Shown: piece after piece, positions 17,984-26,439 of the stretch
Layout of the letters: the number at the start of each line of letters is the position of its first letter
Numbering within the stretch: position 1 is the stretch's first letter
From: a virus
Lineage: Duplodnaviria > Caudoviricetes
Virus record (IMG/VR): IMGVR_UViG_3300046163_000031
Coordinates: 1,639-65,638 of that record
Reading direction: 5' to 3' (one strand)
Length of the DNA: 64,000 bases
Translations under genes and position numbers: made by a program
Notes under the pieces: generated by a model
Seen by the model: the letters and a program-made list of their open reading frames with translations, nothing else
Told to the model about the DNA's origin: nothing
Databases searched by the model: none

Positions 17984-18262
17984 ATGACAGAAAAACAAAT
18001 GAATAAATTAGCAGATCTTATTGTAGATAAGATAATTGCTCAACAACAAATTGCAGATGATCAGTTTAAAGCAGACTTAGAAGATCTAGCTAATTCAAAT
18101 CCTGATATGATTGTTGGTACTAAATCACAAACCGAATTAGTGTATGAAGAGTTAGATAACTTAAGAGCAGATCTTAAAATAGCGGAAGAAGCAGAGGATT
18201 ACGCATATGCCTCAGCCTTGTTAATTAAAATAGAAAAATATAAAAAGAAATATAAACTATAA
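17984..18262 (+). CDS. Hypothetical protein with UVR-like C-terminal helix pair
   Basis: LKIAEEAEDYAYASAL. Confidence 0.55.
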   Translation: MTEKQMNKLADLIVDKIIAQQQIADDQFKADLEDLANSNPDMIVGTKSQTELVYEELDNLRADLKIAEEAEDYAYASALLIKIEKYKKKYKL

Positions 18263-18296
18263 CTATGCTATACACACTTGCGTGTGTATGTATATA
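18260..18296 (+). repeat. 37-bp hairpin-containing intergenic repeat, copy 1
   Basis: TAACTATGCT-ATACACAC-TTGC-GTGTGTAT-GTATATA; 35/37 identical to 22011-22047. Confidence 0.85.
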
Positions 18297-18309
18297 TTAA
18301 GATAAAACT

Positions 18310-18810
18310 ATGAATATATTTTATTTAGATTCTGACCCTGTAAAAGCTGCGAAGGTACAATACAATAAGCATGTGGTTAAAATGATCTTAGAATCAGCCC
18401 AGATGCTTTGTACTGCGCATCATCATTATGGTTCCGGTGATAATGTTCCTTATAAAAAAGCACATTACAACCACCCATCAACTATATGGTGTAGACAAAA
18501 CAGTAAACAATACTATTGGTTGTTTCATCATATGTTAGCGTTAGGAGCAGAGTATACTAAAAGATACGGCAAAAAACATATGTCAATAGACAAATGCTTT
18601 GGTCCGTTATCTTTTTTACCTCCTAATATACCTACAGATCAAGAATTTACAGAGCCTCCACAGTGTATGCCTGATCAATACAAAGTTCCAGGTTGTAGTA
18701 TTACAGCTTATTGGAATTATTATGAACAAGAAAAGCACATAGTTGCTGCAAAAGACGAACAATTAATATTTAGACCAGATGAGAAGAAAATTATACAAAC
18801 ATTTAGTTGA
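18310..18810 (+). CDS. Pyrimidine-dimer DNA glycosylase (DenV/endonuclease V-like family)
   Basis: MNIFYLD, KHVVKMILESAQML, HYNHPSTIW, PPQCMPD motifs. Confidence 0.75.
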   Translation: MNIFYLDSDPVKAAKVQYNKHVVKMILESAQMLCTAHHHYGSGDNVPYKKAHYNHPSTIWCRQNSKQYYWLFHHMLALGAEYTKRYGKKHMSIDKCFGPLSFLPPNIPTDQEFTEPPQCMPDQYKVPGCSITAYWNYYEQEKHIVAAKDEQLIFRPDEKKIIQTFS

Positions 18811-18879
18811 TACAGACGTTTTCAACACCAGAACAAAAATTAAAAATTTTACAAAATCAAATAAACCAAAAAAAAAGGC

Positions 18880-18922
18880 TGACAAAAGCCTATTATAATA
18901 TAATAATAAAAAGCTAATGTCA
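18880..18922. promoter_or_regulatory. Inverted binding-site pair, copy 3, overlapping the ATG of the HTH gene
   Basis: TGACAAAAG-N25-CTAATGTCA. Confidence 0.65.
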
Positions 18923-19540
18923 TTATTAGAACGTAATACAAAGTATTTAATAAGCAAGCAAGTAATATGGCGTCAAAACCCATGGAGCGACATACCTACA
19001 AAAAATTATGAGTGGGGTTGGTATTATGAAAATGGTACACATCAATGTTATTCTTTATTTGCATCTAAAGCTAAAATAAATACATTTAAATCTTTAAAAT
19101 GGCACATGTATGTTTTATGGTACTTAAACCCTCAATTAAATCCAAGTGACTTTGAAATGATAGTTAAACATATTTGTGATATCAAAAAAGGTTTTATTAC
19201 GTTTAAAGTTTCTAACCATATAAGACAAAGCATGATATTAGATGTTAGTTTACAAGACTTAGAAAGACCACCACCAAATAGATTACGTAAAGTAATTTTT
19301 AGAGATTTTTGCGGATTAAACAGATCACAAAAAATGTCTATTGTTGGTCAACTTGTAGGAAGATCTAAAAAAATCAATGCTGATGACGTATATCAATGCA
19401 TGATAGATTTAAATGATCTTGGTGAAAAAATAACGTGGTCTAAGATTTCGAAGTCTTTAGATTGCTCAGAAAGAACAATAATTAGAAATATAAATAATGA
19501 ACTTAAAAAAGAAAAAATACTACTTAACAAACAATTATGA
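18917..19540 (+). CDS. DNA-binding protein with C-terminal HTH (possible replication initiator)
   Basis: KITWSKISKSLDCSERTIIRNI helix-turn-helix. Confidence 0.6.
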   Translation: MSLLERNTKYLISKQVIWRQNPWSDIPTKNYEWGWYYENGTHQCYSLFASKAKINTFKSLKWHMYVLWYLNPQLNPSDFEMIVKHICDIKKGFITFKVSNHIRQSMILDVSLQDLERPPPNRLRKVIFRDFCGLNRSQKMSIVGQLVGRSKKINADDVYQCMIDLNDLGEKITWSKISKSLDCSERTIIRNINNELKKEKILLNKQL

Positions 19541-20301
19541 AAAAATATAATATAAGCAACTACGTAAGGTATAAAGAAGATATAAAAAAATCAATGCCTG
19601 TAGAAAAATTTTATGATTACTATACTAGAGATGAAATGGTTATTAAGTTTTTACCATTAGTAGAAAATATGGCTAGAAAATTTGCAACAAGTCAACAAGC
19701 ATCTGGGGTATTGAGTATACTAGATCTACTTCAAGTTGGAGGTGAGGCATTAACTAAAGCTGTTGATAAACTTGATTGGGAATTATTAGTTGATTCAGAA
19801 GATATTGAAAAAACATTAAAATCGTTTTTTTCTAAAAGAATAAAAGGTGCTATTAGAAGACGAATTGATATGATGAGAGGAGATATGAGAATACCAGAGT
19901 ATAAATTAAACGAAATAAGATCTAACCCAAAAGATAAAAAAATGGTAGCTATGTTTTTTAACTCTATGTTTTTAAGTATAGACGCTAATTTTTCAACAAG
20001 TGATGATGAAGAAAACATAATGCATCAGATACAAGATAAGTCTGAACCTTATAATATACAGTTATTAAATTTATATTTAATAGGTTTAATGAAAACACAT
20101 TTAACTGAAGGTTCTAAAGAATATGATACACTTAGATTAAGCTATGGTTTAGACTGTGAAAAACATACAGCAAAAGAAATAGCAGCTTTATTAAATATAG
20201 AAGGTGTTAGTGATTATGTTCGTGTATCTGAAATAAAAAAACAAGCTGTACAGAAATTAATAGACAGCGTTGATCACTCGCAAGTGATTGATTATCTGTA
20301 G
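19537..20301 (+). CDS. Phage sigma-70-family factor
   Basis: FLPLVENMARK, DLLQVG..ALTKAVDK, RIKGAIRR, MRIP, and region-4 LRLSYGL..TAKEIA..RVSEIKKQAVQKL. Confidence 0.85.
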   Translation: MKKYNISNYVRYKEDIKKSMPVEKFYDYYTRDEMVIKFLPLVENMARKFATSQQASGVLSILDLLQVGGEALTKAVDKLDWELLVDSEDIEKTLKSFFSKRIKGAIRRRIDMMRGDMRIPEYKLNEIRSNPKDKKMVAMFFNSMFLSIDANFSTSDDEENIMHQIQDKSEPYNIQLLNLYLIGLMKTHLTEGSKEYDTLRLSYGLDCEKHTAKEIAALLNIEGVSDYVRVSEIKKQAVQKLIDSVDHSQVIDYL

Positions 20302-20311
20302 TTTAAAACAA

Positions 20312-20342
20312 CACGGAATAAAATAAAATCGTAAATGATAAT
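20312..20342 (+). promoter_or_regulatory. Phage promoter motif copy 8
   Basis: CACGGAA-N18-GATAAT. Confidence 0.75.
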
Positions 20343-20385
20343 AATAACATGTAATAATAATAATAAGCAATTTAAATAAGAACGA

Positions 20386-20949
20386 ATGAACATAAACGAA
20401 AAATTAGCGACAATCCAAACAAAGTTTAAATCGAAAAAAAGTAGATTTAATTCTTTCGGCAAGTACAACTTCAGATCAGCCGAAGACATTCTCGAAGCAA
20501 CAAAACCCTTTCTATTAGAATTAGGAGTTACAGTAACAATCAACGAAAGACTTGATGAAGTAGTAGGTTTACCTATTATGACATCAACAGCTACCATTAC
20601 AGATGGTGAGTCTTTAATAGAAGCTACGTCTGTAGTTGGTGTAGACTTAAATCAAAAAGGCATGAACACACCTCAGCAATTTGGCTCAGCATCTTCGTAT
20701 GCTAAGAAATATGCGTTAGGTAATTTATTCTTAATTGATGACACTGCTGATAGTGACGCAACAAATAATCACGGTAAAGCATCTGTTAAAAAACAACCTA
20801 AAAATACTTTAACATCAACTAAAGATCCTGCGTATAAAAAAGCAATAGACTATATTAAGTCAGGTGGCAAAATAGAAACCATCAAAGGTAAATATAATAT
20901 TTCTAAAGAAATAGAAGATGAATTAGTATTAACAGCAAACACATTATAA
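20386..20949 (+). CDS. erf: ERF-family ssDNA annealing protein
   Basis: YNFRSAEDIL, QFGSASSYAKKYALGNLFLIDD..DSD. Confidence 0.9.
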   Translation: MNINEKLATIQTKFKSKKSRFNSFGKYNFRSAEDILEATKPFLLELGVTVTINERLDEVVGLPIMTSTATITDGESLIEATSVVGVDLNQKGMNTPQQFGSASSYAKKYALGNLFLIDDTADSDATNNHGKASVKKQPKNTLTSTKDPAYKKAIDYIKSGGKIETIKGKYNISKEIEDELVLTANTL

Positions 20950-21684
20950 ATGAAAAACAACAAAGCGGCTTTAAAAAAGCTAGAAGATGATAAACATTAC
21001 TATGGTGATTTTGGTAAACAATATTTAAGCAATTCAGACATAGGTAAGTTATTAACAAACCCTCTAAGTCTTAGAGACGAGCAAAAACAAATACCAGCTT
21101 TTTTAGTTGGTGGTTATTTTCACACAGCTATATTAGAGCCTGATAAACTTAAAAAGTTTAAAATAATAGAGGCGAGTACTAGAAACACTAAAGTATACAA
21201 AGAAATATCTGGAGGTGAAATGTGTTTGTTACAGTCAGAAGTAGATCAATTAGAGTTAATGATAGACAAAATGATGAGTAATCAAGCTTGTGTAGATTTA
21301 ATTAGAGGTATTAATGTAGACTATGAAGTTCCTGGTATAACTGAGCTTGAAGGTCAATTATGGAAGGGTAAAGCAGATATTGTAAACCATGACGAAAAGC
21401 TTATTATTGATTTAAAGACAACAGCTGATTTACAGAAATTTAGATATTCAGCTTCTAAATATAATTACGATAGTCAAGCTTACATTTATCAAAAATTATT
21501 TGGCTATGAATTAATATTTATAGCTATAGACAAGGCTAATCACCAAATAGGTATATTTGATTGCTCGCCTGAATTTTTAGCTCGAGGAGCTGATAAAGTA
21601 CAAAGAGCAGTAGAACAATACAAATTATTTTATGAATCAGAGGATTTTGATCCTCAACAATATTTTATTAATCAAACATTATAA
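20950..21684 (+). CDS. PD-(D/E)XK exonuclease (DUF3799/RecE-like)
   Basis: LSNS, FHTAILEP, KGKADI, IIDLKTT, YDSQAYIY. Confidence 0.85.
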   Translation: MKNNKAALKKLEDDKHYYGDFGKQYLSNSDIGKLLTNPLSLRDEQKQIPAFLVGGYFHTAILEPDKLKKFKIIEASTRNTKVYKEISGGEMCLLQSEVDQLELMIDKMMSNQACVDLIRGINVDYEVPGITELEGQLWKGKADIVNHDEKLIIDLKTTADLQKFRYSASKYNYDSQAYIYQKLFGYELIFIAIDKANHQIGIFDCSPEFLARGADKVQRAVEQYKLFYESEDFDPQQYFINQTL

Positions 21685-21686
21685 TT

Positions 21687-21995
21687 ATGGCAAGTATTAT
21701 TAAAGCAAGTATCAATTTAAATGAAGTACCAAAAGATAAGATAATCATTGGTAAAAAAGGTAAATACCTACCTATAACTATTACATTAAACGACGAGCTA
21801 GATCAGTTTGGAAACCAAGGTCCTGTTATTGTAGATCAGTCTAAAGAAGAGCGAGAAGCTAAAACACAAAAGACTTATTTAGGAAATGTAAAAGTGGTAT
21901 GGACTAATGGTGAAAATGTAGCAGCGGCTCCACGTGATGGTCAACATCAACAAGCTGCGCCTGTTAAAACAGTTGATGATGATTTACCGTTTTAA
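21687..21995 (+). CDS. Single-stranded DNA-binding protein
   Basis: Acidic DDDLPF tail; follows ERF and exonuclease. Confidence 0.75.
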   Translation: MASIIKASINLNEVPKDKIIIGKKGKYLPITITLNDELDQFGNQGPVIVDQSKEEREAKTQKTYLGNVKVVWTNGENVAAAPRDGQHQQAAPVKTVDDDLPF

Positions 21996-22010
21996 TATGC
22001 GGTAACAAAG

Positions 22011-22047
22011 TAACTATGCTATACACACCTGCGTGTGTATGCATATA
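22011..22047 (+). repeat. 37-bp hairpin-containing intergenic repeat, copy 2
   Basis: TAACTATGCT-ATACACAC-CTGC-GTGTGTAT-GCATATA. Confidence 0.85.
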
Positions 22048-22069
22048 ATATTAATTCTAATTAAATTAA

Positions 22070-23788
22070 ATGCAGACAACAGAGATCAATGGATTTTTGA
22101 TTGACGAATTCAATCAACATAAGCTTGAAGAGGGAAAAAAGCAAGGTACATGCCCGCTTTGTTCTCACGATAGAAAACCCAAGAATCAAAAGGCTAAATG
22201 TGCGTCTTATGATTGGGAACGGGGTCTCGGTACTTGTCACAACTGTAATACATCATTTCAATTACATACTTATCAGCGTAAAGGCGCTAGTGAAAAAGAA
22301 TATGTTAGACCAACGCTACAAGTTAATGTTGATCAGCCTGAGTTTTTAAGTGATAAAGTAATTGATTGGTTTAAAACAAGAGGCATAGGAACTCAAACCC
22401 TTTTTGATTTAGAGATCAGCGAAGGTGATGAGTATATGCCACAAACCGGTAAGTCCGAGAACACAATAAAGTTCAATTATTTCATGGGCGATCAACTTAT
22501 TAACGTTAAGTATCGCGATGGTAGAAAGAACTTTAAATTATATAAGGGTGCTGAAAAAGTATTTTATAATATAAATAGTATAGTAGGTTATGACACTTGT
22601 GTTATAACAGAAGGTGAAATGGATGTGTTAGCTTTTCACGAAGCTGGTATACCAAATGCTATATCAGTTCCTAACGGAGCTACATTAAATAGCAATAACC
22701 TTGATTACTTAGATAATTGTATAGATTACTTTGAAGATAAAGAAAAAATAATATTAGCAGTTGACTCAGATGAAGCAGGTCAAGCATTACAATCAGAATT
22801 AGTCCGTAGACTTGGAGCTGAAGTTTGTTACCTAGCGTCATTTGATGATTGTAAAGACGCTAATGAATATCTACAAAAATATGGCAAAGAAAAATTACAA
22901 GAGCGTATTACAAAAGCAAGACCAGTACCACTTGAAAACGTTACAACATTTAAAGATATTGAAGACGAGGTCACGGATTTTGTGCGCAATGGTTTTAAGA
23001 AAGGATATCAAATTGGCTTGGAAAACTTTGATGATATTTTTTCTACATATACCGGGCAGTTTATTACTGTTACTGGGATACCTAGTAGTGGTAAGTCTGA
23101 TTTTGTTGACCAGATGGTTGTAGGTTACAATCGTAACTATGGTTGGAAAACAGCATTTGCATCACCAGAGAATGCACCGACCTATTTACACGCTCACAAA
23201 TTGATGCGTAAAACATGGGAAGGCATGCCAACAGCTGCTGATATACATACTGATAAATGGAATAAAATAGCCGATCATTGCAATGCTAATTACTTTCATA
23301 TTGATATGGAGCGTTATACATTAGAATCCGTTTTACGTAAAGGAGCTGAATTAGTTAAACGTAAAGGTATTAAATGCTTAGTTATAGATCCATTTAATAA
23401 AATAAGAGATGTTGATTCTAAAACAGAAGACATTAATCGTTACACAATGGAGTACTTAACTAAGATTGAAGTTTTTGCTAAAAAGTTTGATGTATTAGTA
23501 TTTGTAGTTGCTCACCCAACTAAAATGTATAAAGATAAAGATGGTAAAATGGAAGAACCTACTATGTATAACATAAAAGGTGGTGGCGAATGGTATGATG
23601 CTAGTTATCACGGTATATTAGTTCACAGAAACTATGAAGAAAAAACCGTTAAAGCAAAAATACTAAAAGTTAAGTTTCAAAACCTAGGAGAAAACGGCGC
23701 TGAGTGTCATTTTAAATGGGAACACAAGTCTGGTTGTTTTATTCCTCATGAACCTATATCAAATAATGAACCTATGCCATGGGAGTAA
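22070..23788 (+). CDS. Primase-helicase (T7 gp4/Twinkle-like)
   Basis: CPLC...CHNC zinc finger, TOPRIM EGEMD/DSDEAG/KDANE, Walker A GIPSSGKS, VIDP, VAHP. Confidence 0.95.
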   Translation: MQTTEINGFLIDEFNQHKLEEGKKQGTCPLCSHDRKPKNQKAKCASYDWERGLGTCHNCNTSFQLHTYQRKGASEKEYVRPTLQVNVDQPEFLSDKVIDWFKTRGIGTQTLFDLEISEGDEYMPQTGKSENTIKFNYFMGDQLINVKYRDGRKNFKLYKGAEKVFYNINSIVGYDTCVITEGEMDVLAFHEAGIPNAISVPNGATLNSNNLDYLDNCIDYFEDKEKIILAVDSDEAGQALQSELVRRLGAEVCYLASFDDCKDANEYLQKYGKEKLQERITKARPVPLENVTTFKDIEDEVTDFVRNGFKKGYQIGLENFDDIFSTYTGQFITVTGIPSSGKSDFVDQMVVGYNRNYGWKTAFASPENAPTYLHAHKLMRKTWEGMPTAADIHTDKWNKIADHCNANYFHIDMERYTLESVLRKGAELVKRKGIKCLVIDPFNKIRDVDSKTEDINRYTMEYLTKIEVFAKKFDVLVFVVAHPTKMYKDKDGKMEEPTMYNIKGGGEWYDASYHGILVHRNYEEKTVKAKILKVKFQNLGENGAECHFKWEHKSGCFIPHEPISNNEPMPWE

Positions 23789-24030
23789 AAAAGAAATCAG
23801 TAGGATACCAATTTAATCCTGATGAGTTCAAGGCATATCACTGGTGTATAAACAATGGAATTTATATATCACCGTTTTGTAAAGAAAACTTTACATTTTG
23901 GCATATAGACATAGAAATAAATAAAAAAATAAATAGATCACCACAGGTTTTTAATCCAAGAGAACTATGGGAAACAATATTTAAATATTATAAATATTAT
24001 TATGACAAGTATAACAAAAACAAAATTTAA
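23779..24030 (+). CDS. Hypothetical protein
   Basis: Overlapping ORF in operon. Confidence 0.65.
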   Translation: MGVKKKSVGYQFNPDEFKAYHWCINNGIYISPFCKENFTFWHIDIEINKKINRSPQVFNPRELWETIFKYYKYYYDKYNKNKI

Positions 24031-24655
24031 AAATGCTAATGAGGCTTATGAATATCTTTTAGACGCTGCTATAGTTAAAGGTGTTAAATTTGATGACACT
24101 GTTGCTATGTTTAATATAGGTTTTTATATTGAAGATCCTCAAGACAATCACATAACAAATAAACAACGAAAATGGAGCTTAGAATATGCAGAGGCAGAAT
24201 GGCAATGGTATTTATCTGGTGATCCTAATATTAAAAAGCTTGGTGAATTATATGGTAAAATACCACCTATATGGGAGCGAATGGCTGATAAGTATGGTAA
24301 TGTTAATTCAAACTATGGTTATCAATGGAAACGTAAAGCTCAGATAGATTATGTTTGCAATAAACTTAAAGAAAACAATAATACTAGACATGCAGCTATA
24401 AGTATATATGATGCAAAAGAATACGATAAATATAGTAAAGACACACCGTGTACATATGCTGTTCAATTTACAATCATAAATAAACAATTATGTATGTCTG
24501 TTTATATGCGTTCTAATGACATCTGGTACGGTTTCTGTAATGATCAATATCAATTTTCATCATTACAAAAAATGATTGCAGACAGACTGTCTATTGACAC
24601 AGGTTGGTATTATCACCACGCACATAACATGCATTTGTATAACAATAAACTTTAA
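24002..24655 (+). CDS. Thymidylate-synthase-fold enzyme of the dCMP (hydroxy)methylase type (T4 gp42-like)
   Basis: PPIW...GNVNSNYG, DTPCT, MRSNDIWYGFCND with Asp at the nucleotide-specificity position, MHLY. Confidence 0.8.
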   Translation: MTSITKTKFKNANEAYEYLLDAAIVKGVKFDDTVAMFNIGFYIEDPQDNHITNKQRKWSLEYAEAEWQWYLSGDPNIKKLGELYGKIPPIWERMADKYGNVNSNYGYQWKRKAQIDYVCNKLKENNNTRHAAISIYDAKEYDKYSKDTPCTYAVQFTIINKQLCMSVYMRSNDIWYGFCNDQYQFSSLQKMIADRLSIDTGWYYHHAHNMHLYNNKL

Positions 24656-24660
24656 AAAAT

Positions 24661-25434
24661 ATGTATTATTTATATCACATACCAGGTAAAAAAATAGGAG
24701 TTACACGTAATCTTAATACTAGAGTAACCCTTATACAAGGATATAAGGAGAATGAATATGAGGTTCTTGAACAGTCAGAAGATATAGATTATATATCAGA
24801 CCGTGAAATAGAACTTCAAAAGTCTTACGGCTATAAACAAGATCTTCATAAATATAATAAATTAAAACCAATATTAAATCAAATGAAAATAAACGCAACA
24901 GAACAAACATCAACATTTGACTGCCCAGTGAATAAACTAAAAGGACGTCTTATGGATAATATAGGTATAACTTGGGAAACAACACATGGCAAATTCCATA
25001 TAGGTAGGGATCACATAAATTGGATAATGGCAAATGTAAAAACATCTATGTTTGATAATGAAAGATGCTTTATATATAATAAAGCTTTTTATGAATCTTT
25101 TTTTAATCCTGAACACACTCCTTGTTCTGATCCAGAAATATCAAGGTTTAATTTAATAAGAGATTGGGCTAAACAAAGAGGTATAGTAGATAAAGGAAAC
25201 TCACATACTCAATACGTTAAGTTAATTGAAGAAGCTGGGGAACTAGCAGAGGCTTTATTAAAAAAAGACAGAAAAGAAATATACGATGCTATTGGAGATA
25301 TGATAGTTGTTTTAACAAATTTAGCAACTTTAGAAGATATGAAAATAGAAGATTGTATTGATTATGCTTATAATGAAATAGCTAAAAGAAAAGGTAAAAT
25401 GATTAATGGAACTTTTGTAAAAAACACATTATAA
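24661..25434 (+). CDS. Fusion: N-terminal GIY-YIG-like/unknown domains plus C-terminal MazG-like NTP pyrophosphatase
   Basis: MYYLYHIPGKKIGVT; C-terminal WAKQRGI..KLIEEAGEL..DAIGD..AYNEIAKRKG. Confidence 0.75.
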   Translation: MYYLYHIPGKKIGVTRNLNTRVTLIQGYKENEYEVLEQSEDIDYISDREIELQKSYGYKQDLHKYNKLKPILNQMKINATEQTSTFDCPVNKLKGRLMDNIGITWETTHGKFHIGRDHINWIMANVKTSMFDNERCFIYNKAFYESFFNPEHTPCSDPEISRFNLIRDWAKQRGIVDKGNSHTQYVKLIEEAGELAEALLKKDRKEIYDAIGDMIVVLTNLATLEDMKIEDCIDYAYNEIAKRKGKMINGTFVKNTL

Positions 25435-25727
25435 TGAAAATAAAAACAGAAGATAAAATAGTTCAACAAGTATTAAGAAAAATGGACGAACGTAGTTTAA
25501 TAGGCCAAAAAAAATATGGTGCAACTATGATGAAAGAAATAGAAGGTAGAGAAAAAGATCTTGATACTTTTTTAATTGACGTACAAGAAGAATTAATGGA
25601 TGCTTTGTTATATATTGAAGCGGCTAGAAGATGTTTAACTGATGAAATAGAAGAATCTATGATAAATAGAATTAATGTAATCGGTCAAAACGGTAACACA
25701 GGAGAACATTATGAAAAAATTTTTTAA
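25434..25727 (+). CDS. Small all-alpha protein, probable NTP-pyrophosphatase superfamily
   Basis: RS..GQKKYG...QEELMDALLY. Confidence 0.5.
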   Translation: MKIKTEDKIVQQVLRKMDERSLIGQKKYGATMMKEIEGREKDLDTFLIDVQEELMDALLYIEAARRCLTDEIEESMINRINVIGQNGNTGEHYEKIF

Positions 25728-26169
25728 AAAGAAAAGCAGCAAAAGAGGTCCTGTAAGAGCAAAAAAAGTATTACATGATGGTATTAATTTTGCTTCTGGA
25801 TTAGAAAAATATATGTATTGCGCTTTAAAAAAAGCTAAAATAAAAAATAAATATGAAGGTGAAACATTTGTTTTGTTAGCTGGTTTTCATTTTGAAAACG
25901 AAGTATATGAAAGATGTTCAAATGGAAAAGGTGATTATAAAAATAGAGGCTGTAAAAGAATATTACCTATAAAATATACACCAGATTTTATTGGAGATGA
26001 TTTTATAATAGAAACAAAAGGAAGAGCTAATGAGTCTTTTCCAATGAGATGGAAATTATTTAAAAGACTTGTTATGAGTCAATTTCCAAATGTAACATTG
26101 TATAAACCACAAAATCAAAAAGAATGCGACGAAACAATAAGCGTAATCCTTTCGAAGAGAAAAGAATAG
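25711..26169 (+). CDS. T7 endonuclease I-like Holliday junction resolvase
   Basis: FASGLE, YTPDF, IIETKG. Confidence 0.8.
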   Translation: MKKFFKKKSSKRGPVRAKKVLHDGINFASGLEKYMYCALKKAKIKNKYEGETFVLLAGFHFENEVYERCSNGKGDYKNRGCKRILPIKYTPDFIGDDFIIETKGRANESFPMRWKLFKRLVMSQFPNVTLYKPQNQKECDETISVILSKRKE

Positions 26170-26297
26170 CAAGAAAAATGTATGCAGAGCGCCAAATTGA
26201 TAAATGGTGCAAATGGAGTTGGGAGATAAGGGGTAAAATAAAATACAGAGAATTAGTAGAACAACAAGAAAAATATAACTTTAAAATTTATGGATAA
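26124..26297 (+). CDS. 57-aa hypothetical protein (not in ORF track)
   Basis: MRRNNKRNPFEEKRIARKMYAERQIDKWCKWSWEIRG...; fills the gap. Confidence 0.45.
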   Translation: MRRNNKRNPFEEKRIARKMYAERQIDKWCKWSWEIRGKIKYRELVEQQEKYNFKIYG

Positions 26298-26439
26298 AAA
26301 AGAAAAAAGAAACTGGTCATTGTCAATAGGTACTTATCCTGGTTTATTAATTGGTGCTAGAACGTATGAAGAACCTGAACAAACAACACACGTATTATAC
26401 ATACCTTTTGTAGACATTGCGTTAGAAATATATAAATAA
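26290..26439 (+). CDS. 49-aa hypothetical protein (not in ORF track)
   Basis: MDKKEKRNWSLSIGTYPGLLIGARTY...HVLYIPFVDIALEIYK; its stop overlaps the nrdB ATG. Confidence 0.6.
   Translation: MDKKEKRNWSLSIGTYPGLLIGARTYEEPEQTTHVLYIPFVDIALEIYK

Noticed and set aside
13801-20342. CRISPR array from the CACGGAC repeats
   Set aside because: Copies are dispersed, irregularly spaced and upstream of genes; no cas genes
24002-24655. Plain thyA annotation
   Set aside because: Asp replaces the dUMP-specifying Asn and the flanking motifs fit the T4 gp42 type better
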